Assembly (NCBI GenBank): GCA_034521815.1
Contig: JAXHLW010000013.1
Coordinates: 1,440,001-1,504,000, forward strand
Direction of reading: 5' to 3'
Length of the DNA stretch: 64,000 bases
From: Trueperaceae bacterium
GTDB lineage: Bacteria; Deinococcota; Deinococci; Deinococcales; Trueperaceae
Position numbers and translations under genes: made by a program. Positions 37,865 to 48,982 of this stretch are shown piece after piece. A model generated the notes under the pieces. It was not told where the DNA came from. It made no database searches and saw nothing but the letters and a program-made list of their open reading frames with translations. Positions within the stretch are counted from its first letter, which is position 1, and each line of letters starts with the position of its first letter.

Positions 37865-40155
37865 GATGACCTGGCCGCTGGCGCTGGTGCTGGTGCCACT
37901 TGTGGGCACGCTCCCGCTGATCTTCGCGGGTCGGCGAGGCCGCGGCTGGGTGGACGGCTGGGCGGTCGCCGCGACCGGAGCGACGTTCGCGTCGGTCGTC
38001 TCGACGCTGCCGGCCGTGCTGCGCGACGGCGCGATCGAGAGCGAGCTTCCAGCGGCGCTGGGTGCGCTCACCTTCTCGTTGAACGGCTTCGGCCTGCTCG
38101 TGGCGTTGGCGGCTTCGCTGGTGTGGTGGACGTCCACGATCTACGCGGGGCCGTACCTGCACGGTCGTCGCGAGCGCCGCTTCCACCTGGCCAGCCTGGC
38201 GTCGCTCGCGGCGATGCTGGGGGTGCTGATCGCGGGCGACCTGATCACGCTGTACGTGTTCTTCGAGTGGCTGGGCCTGGTGGCGTACCTGGTCGTCGTG
38301 CACGAGGGAGGCCCTGCGGCCGAGCGGGCGGGCCTGAAGTACCTGGTGCTGACGCTGCTGGGCGGGCTGGCGCTGCTGACGGGCGTGCTGCTGGTGCACG
38401 GCCTGGGCGGCGGCGACCTGTCCGTCGCGGTTCCCATGGGCGAGGGCCGCGAGGGCGTGCGCGCCTGGGCGGCGGGCTTCCTGATCGCCGGGTTCGGCGT
38501 CAAGGCCGGCCTGCTGGGCTTGCACGTCTGGCTCCCCGACGCGCACACCGCCGCACCGGCGCCCGGCAGCGCGATCCTCTCGGGCGTGATGATCAAGGCC
38601 GGCGTGGTCGGCCTGGCGCGTACGCTGGGCGTCCTGTACGGCGCGCCGCCGAGCGACGCGGGCGCCGGCGTGGACGCGGGGCTCGCGCCGGGCACAGCCC
38701 TGCCGCTGGGCGAATCGATCCAGCTGGGCGAGACGCTGCGGTGGGCCGGGTCGCTGCCGCTCGGCGAGACGCTGGCGCTGGCGCTGATGGGGATCGGCTT
38801 GGCGGGTGCGCTGGCCGGCGCGGCGATGGCGCTGTGGCAACACGAAGCCAAGCGCCTGCTGGCGTACAGCAGCGTGTCGCAGATGGGGTTCGTGCTGGTG
38901 GGCGTCGGGGCGGCGCGCTACCTGGGCGCGGACGGCGCGGTCGGCTGGACCGGCGCGTTCGCGCACATCGCCAACCACGCGGTGTTCAAGGGCCTGTTGT
39001 TCCTGGGCCTGGGGGCGGTGATCCACGCGACCGGGGTGGGCGACCTGCGGAGGCTGGGCGGATTGGCTCGGCGCATGCCGTGGACGTTCGCGTTCGTGCT
39101 GGTCGCGGCTGGGGGCATCGTGGGCGTCCCGGGGCTGAACGGCTTCGCCAGCAAGAGCGTGCTGCACCACGCGGTGGCCGAGGCGGCCGAGCACGGCCAC
39201 GTCGCCGGCATGGCCCTGCTGGAGCCGCTGTTCACGCTGGGCACGATCGGCACGGCGGCCGCGCTGGTGAAGCTGGTCGCGATGACGTTCCTGGGCAGGT
39301 CGCGTCTGGACGCCGGGGTGACGGTGCACGCCACGCCGTGGCGCATGCGCGGCGCGATGGGCGCGCTGGCGGCGGTCGTGGTGATTCTCGGGATCGTTCC
39401 GCAGAGCGTGGCGCCCCTGCTGACCGGCGGCCTGGCGTCGTGGGGCGTGCCCGCAGGCGACGTCGCGGCCCGCCTGACCGGCCCGCTCTCCCACGGGAGC
39501 GACCTCCGAGCCGCCCTTCTGGCGCTGGTCCTCGGCGCGGCGGTGCACGCCGTCGCGGCGCGCGCCGGTGCCTACGCGGTCCGTCCTCCGGCCTGGTCGT
39601 CGCTGGACAGGATCCTGGTGGGGCTCGCTACCGCCGGCGTCCGTCTTGCGCGGGCCGTCGCCCTGGGGCACGAGCAGGTCGCGGAATCGGTCGAGGACCT
39701 CGCCGACCGTCGCGCCGCGGCGCGGGCGGCGCAGCGGGACGCGGCGGGTAAGGTCGCCCGACGTCCAGTGCCGAGCGCGGCGTCCGGCGTCCAGTGCCGA
39801 GCGCGGCGGCGCGGCGTCGTTCCCGTCGCTCGAGGCGCTGGTGGACCGGGCGTTCACCTGGCTACGCCGGCCCAGCGACGCCTGGCGCTGGCTGGACGCC
39901 ACGGTCCGGCGAATCGCCTACCGCCTGGACCGGACCCGCCTGATCGAGGCGTCCATGCGGACCGATCAGCAGCGTCGGGGGCGCGCCGCCGCACGCGCCG
40001 CGGCGGGCGAGGCGCGCGAGGCGGAGCGGGACCGACTGGTGCACGGCGCTCGCCGCGAGGTTCGGCGCATCAGTCGCGACGTCGGGATGGCCATCGCCGT
40101 CGTGTTCGTGACGTGGCTCGTCCTCCTCGCCGGCCTGACGGTCGGCGCAGGCTGA
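37857..40155 (+). CDS. MrpD/NuoL-like subunit with long C-terminal extension (copy 4; frameshift ~39760-39830)
   Basis: YVFFE, KAGLLGLHVWLPDAH, SGVMIKAG, LAYSSVSQMG, NGFASK; the C-terminal frame ends in a TM helix at 40155. Confidence 0.82.
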
Positions 40156-40186
40156 ACGAGCCGCCCCGGCTAGCGGGGCGGCTCGT
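40156..40186. terminator. bidirectional hairpin between convergent genes
   Basis: Perfect 13-bp stem ACGAGCCGCCCCG-GCTAG-CGGGGCGGCTCGT. Confidence 0.75.
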
Positions 40187-40231
40187 CCGTCGCCCGTCCG
40201 TGATGGACGGGGCCGAAAGGATCTCTGGACG

Positions 40232-40897
40232 TCAGGCGGGAACGCCGACGGCCGAGCGGATCGCCTCGACGAACTGCTTCTTGGGCTGCGCGCCCAGGAC
40301 GCGGTTCTCGTTGCTCTGACCGATCACCGTGTCGGGCACGCTCGAGATGCGGAACGCCTGGCTGAGGACGGGGAACTCGTTCGCTTCGACGCCCTCGGCG
40401 ATCACGTTGTCGTTGGCCAGCGCCAGCTCGAACGCGGTGAGTACGGCGCGGGGGCAGTACGGGCAGGTCGGGGTGACGAACGTCTGGAGCAGCAGGGGCT
40501 GTGCGAGCTCGCCGACCTTGTCGTCGGGAATCTCGTCGTCCGCGACCATCCGCAGACCTTCGAGAAGCGTGGTGAACTCGTAGCCGCTGGGCAGGCCCAG
40601 GAACCGCAGGTTCGTGCGGGTGTCGCCCTTGCGGCGGAACACGATCGTCGGGGCGCGGGTGATGCCGGCCGCCCGAGCCTCGGGGTCGCCGTCGATCGGC
40701 GCCTCGGTCACGGTGACCTTGTCGCTGAGCTCGGCGAGCTCGCGCAGCAGGCCGAGCGTCTCGTCCTGATGGCCGGTGGCGTCGCCGCCGGGAACGACCA
40801 GCTTGCCGCCGGTGAACACCTTGAGCTCGACCTCGTGGGCGAGCTCCTCGAGCATCGGCCGGACCTGGTCTTTGACGTCGTCGGTGAGTAGTGGCAT
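40232..40897 (-). CDS. protein disulfide oxidoreductase (two thioredoxin units, AhpF-N/PDO-like)
   Basis: FLGLPSGYEFTTLL, FVTPTCPYCPRAV, SSVP, GAQP. Confidence 0.9.
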   Translation of the reverse strand: MPLLTDDVKDQVRPMLEELAHEVELKVFTGGKLVVPGGDATGHQDETLGLLRELAELSDKVTVTEAPIDGDPEARAAGITRAPTIVFRRKGDTRTNLRFLGLPSGYEFTTLLEGLRMVADDEIPDDKVGELAQPLLLQTFVTPTCPYCPRAVLTAFELALANDNVIAEGVEANEFPVLSQAFRISSVPDTVIGQSNENRVLGAQPKKQFVEAIRSAVGVPA

Positions 40898-41008
40898 AGA
40901 ATGCCTCCTTCGCTGAGACCGAGCGTATCACATACCCCTCCCGGGTATGTTCGAACGCCGACACGATCCGAATCCGACCCCCGCCCGCCCGGTGGTACGC
41001 TGCGGCCG

Positions 41009-41719
41009 ATGCGCGAGGACCGTGGCCCCGACCAGCTCAGGCCGATCCGACTCACGACCGGCGTGAACCGCTGGGCCGAAGGATCGGCGCTGGTCGTGTG
41101 GGGCGACACGCGCGTGCTGGCCACCGTCTCCGTCGAGGATCGCCTGCCGCGGCACCTCCGCGGGGGCGGAGCCCGGAGCGGCTGGCTGACCGCCGAGTAC
41201 GCGCTCCTCCCCCGCTCGACCGAGACGCGCCGGCCTCGCGAGCGGCTGTACGCCAGCGGTCGCACCCAGGAGATCCAGCGGCTGATCGGTCGCTCGCTGC
41301 GGGCCGCGGTCGATCTGGAGGCGTTTCCGAAGAAGACGCTCACCGTGGACGTCGACGTGCTGCAGGCCGACGGCGGGACCCGCTGCGCCGGCATCCTGGC
41401 CGGCTACGCCGCGCTGCACCAGCTGGCCGACCGGGCCGTCCGCGACGGAACGCTCTCGGAGTGGCCGTTGATCCACGAGCTGGCCGCCGTCAGCGTGGGG
41501 CTCGTGGACGGCGAGGCGCGCACCGACCTCGACTACCGCGAGGACGACGCCGCCAGCCTGGACCTGAACGTCGTGGCGACCGTCGACGGGCGCCTCGTGG
41601 AGGTCCAGGGAGGGTCGGAGGCCGGACCGGTGGACGCCGAGACCTACGTGAGCCTGGTGGGTCGCGGCGTGGCCGCGGTCGCCGAGGTGCTGGCGCGGGT
41701 CAAGGGAGACCTGGCATGA
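41009..41719 (+). CDS. rph: ribonuclease PH
   Basis: GWLTAEYALLPRST, GRTQEIQRLIGRSLRA, QADGGTR. Confidence 0.95.
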   Translation: MREDRGPDQLRPIRLTTGVNRWAEGSALVVWGDTRVLATVSVEDRLPRHLRGGGARSGWLTAEYALLPRSTETRRPRERLYASGRTQEIQRLIGRSLRAAVDLEAFPKKTLTVDVDVLQADGGTRCAGILAGYAALHQLADRAVRDGTLSEWPLIHELAAVSVGLVDGEARTDLDYREDDAASLDLNVVATVDGRLVEVQGGSEAGPVDAETYVSLVGRGVAAVAEVLARVKGDLA

Positions 41720-42393
41720 CCGACGCTCCATCTCCGCCGCGCGACGCTCATCCGTTGCGGCTGGTGCTGGCCACCGCCAACGCCGGCAAGATCGCCGAGC
41801 TGCGCGACGCCCTCGCGGACCGCGAGGTCGAGCTCCTCGCCGCCGCCGAGGCGGGCGCAGGCCGCTTCCCTCCCGAGGAGGGCGACAGCTACGAGGCGAA
41901 CGCGCTGGTCAAGGCGGCCCACGTCGCCGCCGCCACCGGGCTGCCGGCGCTGGCCGACGATTCCGGCCTCGAGGTGGACGCTCTGAACGGCGCTCCGGGC
42001 CTCTACTCGGCCCGCTTCGGCGGCGACGATCTGGGCGACGGCGAGCGGATCGCGTACCTGCTGGCGCGGATGCGAACGGTTCCCGACGAGGAGCGCACCG
42101 CACGCTTCGTCAGCGTGCTGGTGCTGGCCACGCCCGCCGGCGAAGTGCGCACGTTCGAAGGTCGCTGCGAAGGCACGATCCTGCACGGTCCGCGTGGACG
42201 CGCAGGGTTCGGCTACGACCCGGTGTTCTGGTCGCGAGAGCTGGGCAAGGGGTTCGGCCAGGCCAGCCAGGCCGAGAAGCGAGCCGTGAGCCACCGGGGC
42301 CGGGCCCTGGAGCGGTTCGCCGCCTGGCTGGACCAGCCGGAGGCGGACACCGTGCTGCGCTCGCGCGACCCGTTCGGCGACCCCCCCGACTGA
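41716..42393 (+). CDS. rdgB: non-canonical purine NTP pyrophosphatase (RdgB/HAM1)
   Basis: LATANAGK, ADDSGLEVDALNGAPGLYSARF, GFGYDPVF, SHRG. Confidence 0.95.
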   Translation: MTDAPSPPRDAHPLRLVLATANAGKIAELRDALADREVELLAAAEAGAGRFPPEEGDSYEANALVKAAHVAAATGLPALADDSGLEVDALNGAPGLYSARFGGDDLGDGERIAYLLARMRTVPDEERTARFVSVLVLATPAGEVRTFEGRCEGTILHGPRGRAGFGYDPVFWSRELGKGFGQASQAEKRAVSHRGRALERFAAWLDQPEADTVLRSRDPFGDPPD

Positions 42394-42545
42394 GCGGTCG
42401 CCCAGCGGGCGAACGCCGACGGAGCTGGAGCCAGCGAGCAAGGAACACGTTCGCATTCACGCGCCGGCTCTAGCATGGGGGTGTCCGGACGTCGGGCATG
42501 GCGACCGCCGCCGAGCGCGCCGCGACGCTGGACGAAGGAGGACCG

Positions 42546-43463
42546 ATGAGACCGATCTTCGCACCCCGCCGTGGCGCCTGGAACGCCCTTCTCGTCACGT
42601 TGGCCGTGACGGTGTCCACGCTGCTCTCGTTCGCGCTGGCGCAGACCCTTCCCGATGCCGCCGAGGACGCCCTGTTCGCTGCGAGGAACGCGATGCAGCA
42701 AGCCATCGAGCAGGACGTCCCGCCCTACCCCGACCAGCCGCTCTGGGCCGAGGCGGCGCGGCACGCCCGGCGCGCGGTCGAGCTGGCCCCGAACCACCCG
42801 CGAACCCAGGGCACCCTGGCCGAGGTCTACTCCCGCAGCACCTTCCATGCACGCGCCTGGAGCGCTTGGCAGGCGTACCTGAACGCCGGCCACGGTCTGG
42901 ACGCCACGCAGACGCCCCTGTTCCTGGAGACCGGCGAGGAGATGGCCTGGTCGGCGTACCAGCGCGGTGACCGCGAGCGCGCTGCGGCGATCCACCTCGA
43001 CGTCCTCGACGCCGTTCCGTTCAGCAAAGAGTCGCGCGTCTGGATGGGACGAATCCGTCTGGAGCAGCGTCGCCCCGCCGACGCGATCCCCTACTGGGAA
43101 GCCGTCGTCGCCCAAGACCCGGACGACGACCGCGCCCGCTACTTCCTGGAGCTCGCCACCGACCAGGCCCGCTGGGGCGTCGACGCTGCCCTAGCGTTCC
43201 GGGACGGCGTGTCGCACTACGAGGCCAACGACCTGAACGCCGCCATGCGCGCCTTCGAGCGCGCCACCGACGCGAACTCCGCGTACCCCGACGCCTGGGC
43301 GTGGCGTGGACGCGTCGCGTTCGAGCGGGGGTCGTGGCTCGTCGCCCGCAACCACTACGCCAGCGCGCTGGAGCTCGACCCCGGCAACGACACCTACAGC
43401 TACTTCCGCAACGAGGCGCAACGCCGCCTGGACGCATCGACCACGAGCGACGGAGCGCCGTAG
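42546..43463 (+). CDS. secreted TPR-repeat protein
   Basis: Signal peptide ALA-Q; TPR-like helices ending in LAP/DP; AAGGAGG RBS. Confidence 0.8.
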   Translation: MRPIFAPRRGAWNALLVTLAVTVSTLLSFALAQTLPDAAEDALFAARNAMQQAIEQDVPPYPDQPLWAEAARHARRAVELAPNHPRTQGTLAEVYSRSTFHARAWSAWQAYLNAGHGLDATQTPLFLETGEEMAWSAYQRGDRERAAAIHLDVLDAVPFSKESRVWMGRIRLEQRRPADAIPYWEAVVAQDPDDDRARYFLELATDQARWGVDAALAFRDGVSHYEANDLNAAMRAFERATDANSAYPDAWAWRGRVAFERGSWLVARNHYASALELDPGNDTYSYFRNEAQRRLDASTTSDGAP

Positions 43464-43472
43464 GCGACCTGC

Positions 43473-45014
43473 GTGTCTCGCACGACCGTCCTGGTGCTGC
43501 GTGACCAGCTGACGCGCGACGTCGGCCCGCTGGCGGACGCCGACCCCGAGCGGACGCGGGTGGTGATGGTCGAGTCCCGCGCGCTGCTCCACGGCGCCCC
43601 GCACCACGCACAGAAGCTGGTGGCGATCCTCTCGGCCATGCGCCACTTCGCCGCCGAGCTGGAGGCCGACGGCGTCGACGTCGCCTACGTGCGGCACGAC
43701 GCCGACGAGGCGCACGACCTCGCTACGGCGCTGGCGGCGCACGTCCGCGCGTTCGGTCCCGACGAGATCGTCGCGATGCGCCCGACCGACCACGGCGTGG
43801 CCGAAGCGATCGACCGGGCCGTCCGCGACGAAGGCGCGTCGATGCGCTGGCTGCCGAACGCGTCGTGGATCACCGACGACGCCCTGTACGACGACTGGGC
43901 CGAGGGCCGCAAGACGCTCCGCATGGAGGGGTTCTACCGCGAGGTGCGCCGCTCGACCGGCATCCTGATGGACGACGGCCAGCCCGCCGGCGGACGCTGG
44001 AACTACGACGCGGACAACCGCGAGCGGCCACCGTCGGACCTGACACCCCCCGCCTTTCCGACGTTCGAGGCGGACGAGCTCACCAGGCAGGCGCAGCGCG
44101 AGGTCCAGGCCTCGATGCCGGACCGCTGGGGCGAGGCCGAGCCGTTCCACTGGCCCGTCACCCGCGCGGACGCGCTCCGTGCGTTGGACGCGTTCGTCAC
44201 GCACCGACTGGCGCGTTTCGGCGACTACCAGGACGCGATGGTCGAGGGCCAGCCGTTCCTGTGGCACAGCGGACTGTCGGTACCGTTGAACCTGGGTCTG
44301 CTGCACCCGCGCGAGGTCGTCGACGCCGCGCTGGCCCACGCCGAGCGTCATCCTTCCGACGTCCCCCTCAACGCGCTCGAGGGGTTCGTCCGTCAGATCG
44401 CGGGCTGGCGCGAGTTCATCCGGCACGCGTACCGAACACGGGGAGAGGAGCTGCGCCGCGCCAACGCGCTGGACGCGGACGGCACGCTTCCCCCCGCCTA
44501 CTGGGGCGCACCGACGGAGCTGCGCTGCCTGGCGACCACGGTCGAGCAGCTGAGGCTCCACGGCTACACGCACCACATCCAGCGCCTGATGGTGCTGGGC
44601 AACGTCGCCCAGCTGGCCGGCACCGACCCCTCGCAGGTGCTGGACTGGTTCACCGCCAGCCACATCGACGCCCTGGACTGGGTGATGGTCCCCAACGTGA
44701 TGGGCATGAGCCAGTACGCGGACGGCGGCGTGATGACGACGAAACCGTACGTCTCGGGCGGCGCGTACCTGAACCGGATGAGCGACCATTGCGGAGCGTG
44801 CCGCTTCGACCCGAAAGCGAAAAGCGGTCCCGACGCCTGCCCCTTGACCGCCTGGTACTGGAGCTTCATCGACCGTCACCAGGACCGCTTCGCGTCGAAC
44901 CACCGCATGCGGATGATCGTGGCCGCCTGGAGAAAGCGCGACCCGGACGATCGGGCTCGGATCCTGGCACGCGCCGCGCAGGATATCGAGGCGTTCCGCG
45001 CAGGCGAGCTGTAG
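43473..45014 (+). CDS. Fe-S bacterial cryptochrome/photolyase (PhrB/CryB-like)
   Basis: RDQL, HHAQKL, GGRWNYD, LNLGLL, RQIAGWREF, HHIQRLM, KPYV, and four Cys (LRCL, DHCGAC, DACP). Confidence 0.92.
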   Translation: MSRTTVLVLRDQLTRDVGPLADADPERTRVVMVESRALLHGAPHHAQKLVAILSAMRHFAAELEADGVDVAYVRHDADEAHDLATALAAHVRAFGPDEIVAMRPTDHGVAEAIDRAVRDEGASMRWLPNASWITDDALYDDWAEGRKTLRMEGFYREVRRSTGILMDDGQPAGGRWNYDADNRERPPSDLTPPAFPTFEADELTRQAQREVQASMPDRWGEAEPFHWPVTRADALRALDAFVTHRLARFGDYQDAMVEGQPFLWHSGLSVPLNLGLLHPREVVDAALAHAERHPSDVPLNALEGFVRQIAGWREFIRHAYRTRGEELRRANALDADGTLPPAYWGAPTELRCLATTVEQLRLHGYTHHIQRLMVLGNVAQLAGTDPSQVLDWFTASHIDALDWVMVPNVMGMSQYADGGVMTTKPYVSGGAYLNRMSDHCGACRFDPKAKSGPDACPLTAWYWSFIDRHQDRFASNHRMRMIVAAWRKRDPDDRARILARAAQDIEAFRAGEL

Positions 45015-45131
45015 CGGAACGTCGAACGCGGCGCGCGGGTGCGCGACGCGTCACAGGCCCGCGTGTGAGGCAATCGGTGGCCCTGACGCGGCCCGAAGGT
45101 CTACGCTGTCCAGCCGGAGAGGAGGTGCGCG

Positions 45132-47221
45132 ATCGACACCGACCCGCATAGCGTCCGCCGTTCCCGGCAGGCCACGCTAGGAAACCATTTCCAGGCCGTG
45201 TTCCAGAGCCGCTACGTGTGGCTGTGGCTGCTCACGCCCGACGGCATCCTGGTCGAAGCGAACGACCTGGCGCTGGACGCGGCCGGCGTCGAGCGCGACG
45301 AGGTCGTGTGGCGCCCCGTCTGGGAAACGCCGTGGTTCGCGGGGGACCCCGCTCTCGCGAACAGCTCCGGCAGTCGGTGGACCTGGTCGAATCGGGCCGT
45401 GACATGCGCACCGTGTCGGACCTCTTCTCCGGGCGCGGCCTTCGGCGCGTCGACCTTACGCTGCGTGCGTTCGGCGAACCCGGGGGCGCCGCCAGCCTCC
45501 TGATCCTCGAAGGACGCGACCTCAGCCCCTTGCGTGATTTCGAGCATGACCGCGACGTCATTCTGGGCGCACTGGACGTCGGGGTCGTCGTCCACGGTCC
45601 GGACCGCCAGATCGCGTACCACAACCGCGCGGCCGACGCGCTCCTGGACGACGCCGCGCTCAGCGGTCGCCCGGACAGCCGCCTGGTGGACGAGGCGGGC
45701 CGACCGATGGACGCGGAGCATCTGCCCGCGGCACGCGTGCTGGCCGAGGGGCGGCCGGTTCTGGACGTCGTGCTGGGCGTGGGCCGCGCGGACGGCACCC
45801 GCTGGCTCCGCGCCGACGCGCATCCGCTGCACCATCCCGACGCGAGCGCGCCGCACGGCGCGGTCGCGATCTACCGCGACGTGACCGAGCTGCGCAGGCA
45901 GCGACGGCTGATCGAGCATCACACGCATCTCGATCCGCTCACCGGGCTTCCGAACCGGGGCGCGTTCTTCCACGAGGTCACCCGCGCCCTGTCCGCGTCC
46001 GAGTCGATCGCCGTGCTGCTGCTGGACGTCGACGGCTTCCGCCGTGTGAACGAGACGCACGGTCACGACCTGGGCGACAAGGTCCTCGCCTGGGTCGCCC
46101 GGCAGCTGGAGCGCTCGGTGCGTCCCGACGACGTCCCCGCTCGGCTGGGAGCGGACGAGTTCGGGCTTCTGCTGCGACGCGTGAACGAGGACGAGGACGC
46201 CCGGATCGTGGCGCAGCGCGTCCACCTGCAGCTCGAGGGCGGCCCCCGGATCGGCGGCCTCCGCATCGACGCGAACGCCAGCATGGGCCTGGCTCGCGGT
46301 CGTGAGGACCAGACCGCCGAAGAGCTGATCCGCGACGCGGGGTTCGCGCTGGCGCACGCCAAGCGGCACGAGCGGGGCCAATGGATCGTGTACGACAGCG
46401 AGCTGAAGGGAAAGCAGACGCGCCGCCTGGGCATCCAGGGCGAGCTGCTCCGCGCGACCGAGCTGGAACAGTTCGAGGTGTACTACCAGCCGCTCGTGAA
46501 CGCCAAAGGACACGGCGTGGTGGGCGCCGAAGCGCTGATGCGCTGGCGTCACCCGACCCGCGGTCTGCTGCCGCCCGGCGAGTTCATCCCCGCGGCCGAG
46601 GAGAGCGGCCAGATCGTGGAGATGGAAGCGTGGCTTCAGCGCGACGCGATGGCGCAGCTGCGGCAGTGGAACCGCGCCAAGCCCGACCTGCACGTGTCGA
46701 TGAACCTCTCCGCCCGGCAGCTCGAGCGGCCCGACTTCGTCGAGCGGTTCGGCAAGGCGGTCGAGGACAGCGGTGTCAACGTGAAGAACGTGATCGCCGA
46801 GGTCACCGAGACGTTCGCGATGCAGCACCCACGCGAGGCGGCCCGCGTCCTGGCCGGCCTGTCGGAGCTGGGCGTGTCGCTGGCGATCGACGACTTCGGC
46901 ACGGGCTACTCCAACCTGGGGCAGCTGCAGCACCTGCCGTTCCAGATCGTCAAGATCGATCGCAGCTTCCTGCGGGACGTGCCCGAGAATCAGCGCAACT
47001 TCGCGCTGGTCCGCACCATCATCGCGATGGCGCAGTCGCTGGAGCTCGAGATCATCGCCGAAGGGGTCGAGACGAAGACCCAGGCCGACTTCCTGTACTG
47101 GGAAGGCGCGACGTGGCTGCAAGGCTTCCACTTCGGCCGTCCCATGCCGTCAGCCACGTTCGGCCAGGTGGCGCTGGGCGGCGCGTTGCCGCTGAGCGAC
47201 CTGGAGTCGGAAGAGCTGTAG
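45132..47221 (+). CDS. PAS-PAS-GGDEF-EAL c-di-GMP enzyme (frameshift ~45350; start uncertain)
   Basis: WETPWF PAS, DPLTGLPNR, GADEF, EALMRW, DDFGTGYS, EGVE. Confidence 0.88.
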
Positions 47222-47257
47222 CCGGAAGAGCTGCAGCCGTAAGACCGGTGAGCGCCG

Positions 47258-48413
47258 CTACTCGTCGCTTATCTTGACCGGCGGCAGCCGATCGCTGGTT
47301 CGCTTGGGCGCCCCCGCCGTGAACATCTCGACCTTGGCGTCGTCGTTCGTCCACACCGACCGCCAGACGGCGTTCCTGCCGCCGCGCTTGGCGGCGTACA
47401 TCGCCTCGTCGGCGCGGCGCACCACATCCGCAGCGCTCTCCTCGCCTCGCCGCTCCGCGACGCCGAAGCTGGCCGTCAACGCCCAGTCGATCCCGAAGTC
47501 GTGCTCCTCGATCAGGCTCCTGAGCCGCTCGCCCATCGTCGAGGCTCGCTCCAGCGTCATCTCGGGCGCGACGATGAGGAACTCTTCTCCGCCCCAGCGG
47601 ACGAGGATGTCGCTTTCCCGATAACGACTGCTGAGCACCTTCGGAATCTCGGCCAGCACCCGGTCGCCAGCGGCGTGCCCATACGAGTCGTTCACGTACT
47701 TGAAGAAGTCCACGTCGAACAGCACGATGGACAGCGGTCGCTCGTAGCGTTGGGACCGCTCGACCTCTTCCTCCAACAGCCGCTCGCCCTTTCGGCGGTT
47801 CGCGATCGCCGTCAACGCGTCGGTGTTGGCTGCCAGCTCCATGCGCGCGGCGTGCCGTTCGCTGGCGCGGATCACGCGCGCCACGCCGCTGAAGATCAGG
47901 ATCGTGACGCCGTTGGCGACCAGCGCCTCGCCCAGCGTCACGAGCTCCAGCTGCGAGTGCCCCTCGGGCCAGAACAGGTGCGACGACGCCACGACCGCCA
48001 AGACGGCCCACAGCGACCACGACACCAGTCCACCCAGCCGCGGCCCGAACACCAGGAACGCGAACGCGTAGATGACCGGCAGCCACATCGCCTGCCGGAT
48101 CAGCTCGAACGAGCTCTCGGCCAGGTGCGAAGCCGCGCCCGCGAACAGGATCGACACCAGCATCGTCGCGACGACGAACACCGACCAGCGCCCGCTCGAT
48201 CCGCTCGAATGCCGCCGGCCATCGGATCACCGCGTACATGAACAGCAGCAGCCCCGCGGCCACCACCAGACCGATCCACGACGCCCACGCCATCGACTGC
48301 TGCATGACAAGGCGGTACACCACCGAACCAGCAGAGGCTACCGCCGCAATCGGCAACAACACCAGAACGATCTGGCGTTTGATCGACGCAGGTGTTTCGG
48401 ACGAGGCGTCCAC
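47258..48413 (-). CDS. membrane diguanylate cyclase (frameshift ~48180)
   Basis: N-terminal TM helices, DALTAIANRR, RESD I-site, RWGGEEF. Confidence 0.9.
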
Positions 48414-48565
48414 ACGTCAGAATAGCGCGGCCAGCGGGCCGAAACGCCAAGTCGCGAGCGGCGAGGCTGGGCGTCGCGCCACGATGCGTGAGCCACGTGC
48501 GTCCGGACCAGGCACCTTTGACCGGCACGAACCTGGCGTGAACGGGGCGCTGGCGTCGCACAGGT

Positions 48566-48595
48566 TTGCACCCCTCCGCGGCGAGACGCTATACT
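48566..48595 (+). promoter_or_regulatory. promoter of tRNA-Lys
   Basis: TTGCAC-N18-TATACT upstream of the tRNA. Confidence 0.65.
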
Positions 48596-48627
48596 CCTTG
48601 TCGCTCACGAAGGACGGTGAGCCGCAC

Positions 48628-48703
<76 letters not shown>

Positions 48704-48713
48704 TAGGAAGCGC

Positions 48714-48748
48714 GTGAGGGACGAGCTTCTTGGAGGCTCGTCCCTCAC
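48714..48748 (+). terminator. hairpin after tRNA-Lys
   Basis: GTGAGGGACGAGCTTC-TTG-GAGGCTCGTCCCTCAC, a 16-bp stem with one G-U pair. Confidence 0.65.
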
Positions 48749-48982
48749 ACCTGCCACGCCAGGAAGCGCCGGGACACCTTTCACGACACCGAATGTTCGG
48801 GTAACCGCAGCAATTGGGTCACGGCGTGGTGGAAGGCTGAAGGCTCCAGCAATCCATCAATCGCCGATCGGAAGTGCGTCGCTTCGCTGCGACCTTCACA
48901 CCAAGTCCGCGTGGGACCTGACACCCCCTCCAGAACGGGGTGCCTCTTTCGTTGGCTGGATGAGGAAGGGGCTTCACGGGCG

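Noticed and set aside
30941-40155. Complex I or energy-converting hydrogenase operon
   Set aside because: No NuoB/C/D/H/I or NiFe subunits; the small subunits are MrpB/C/E/F/G types
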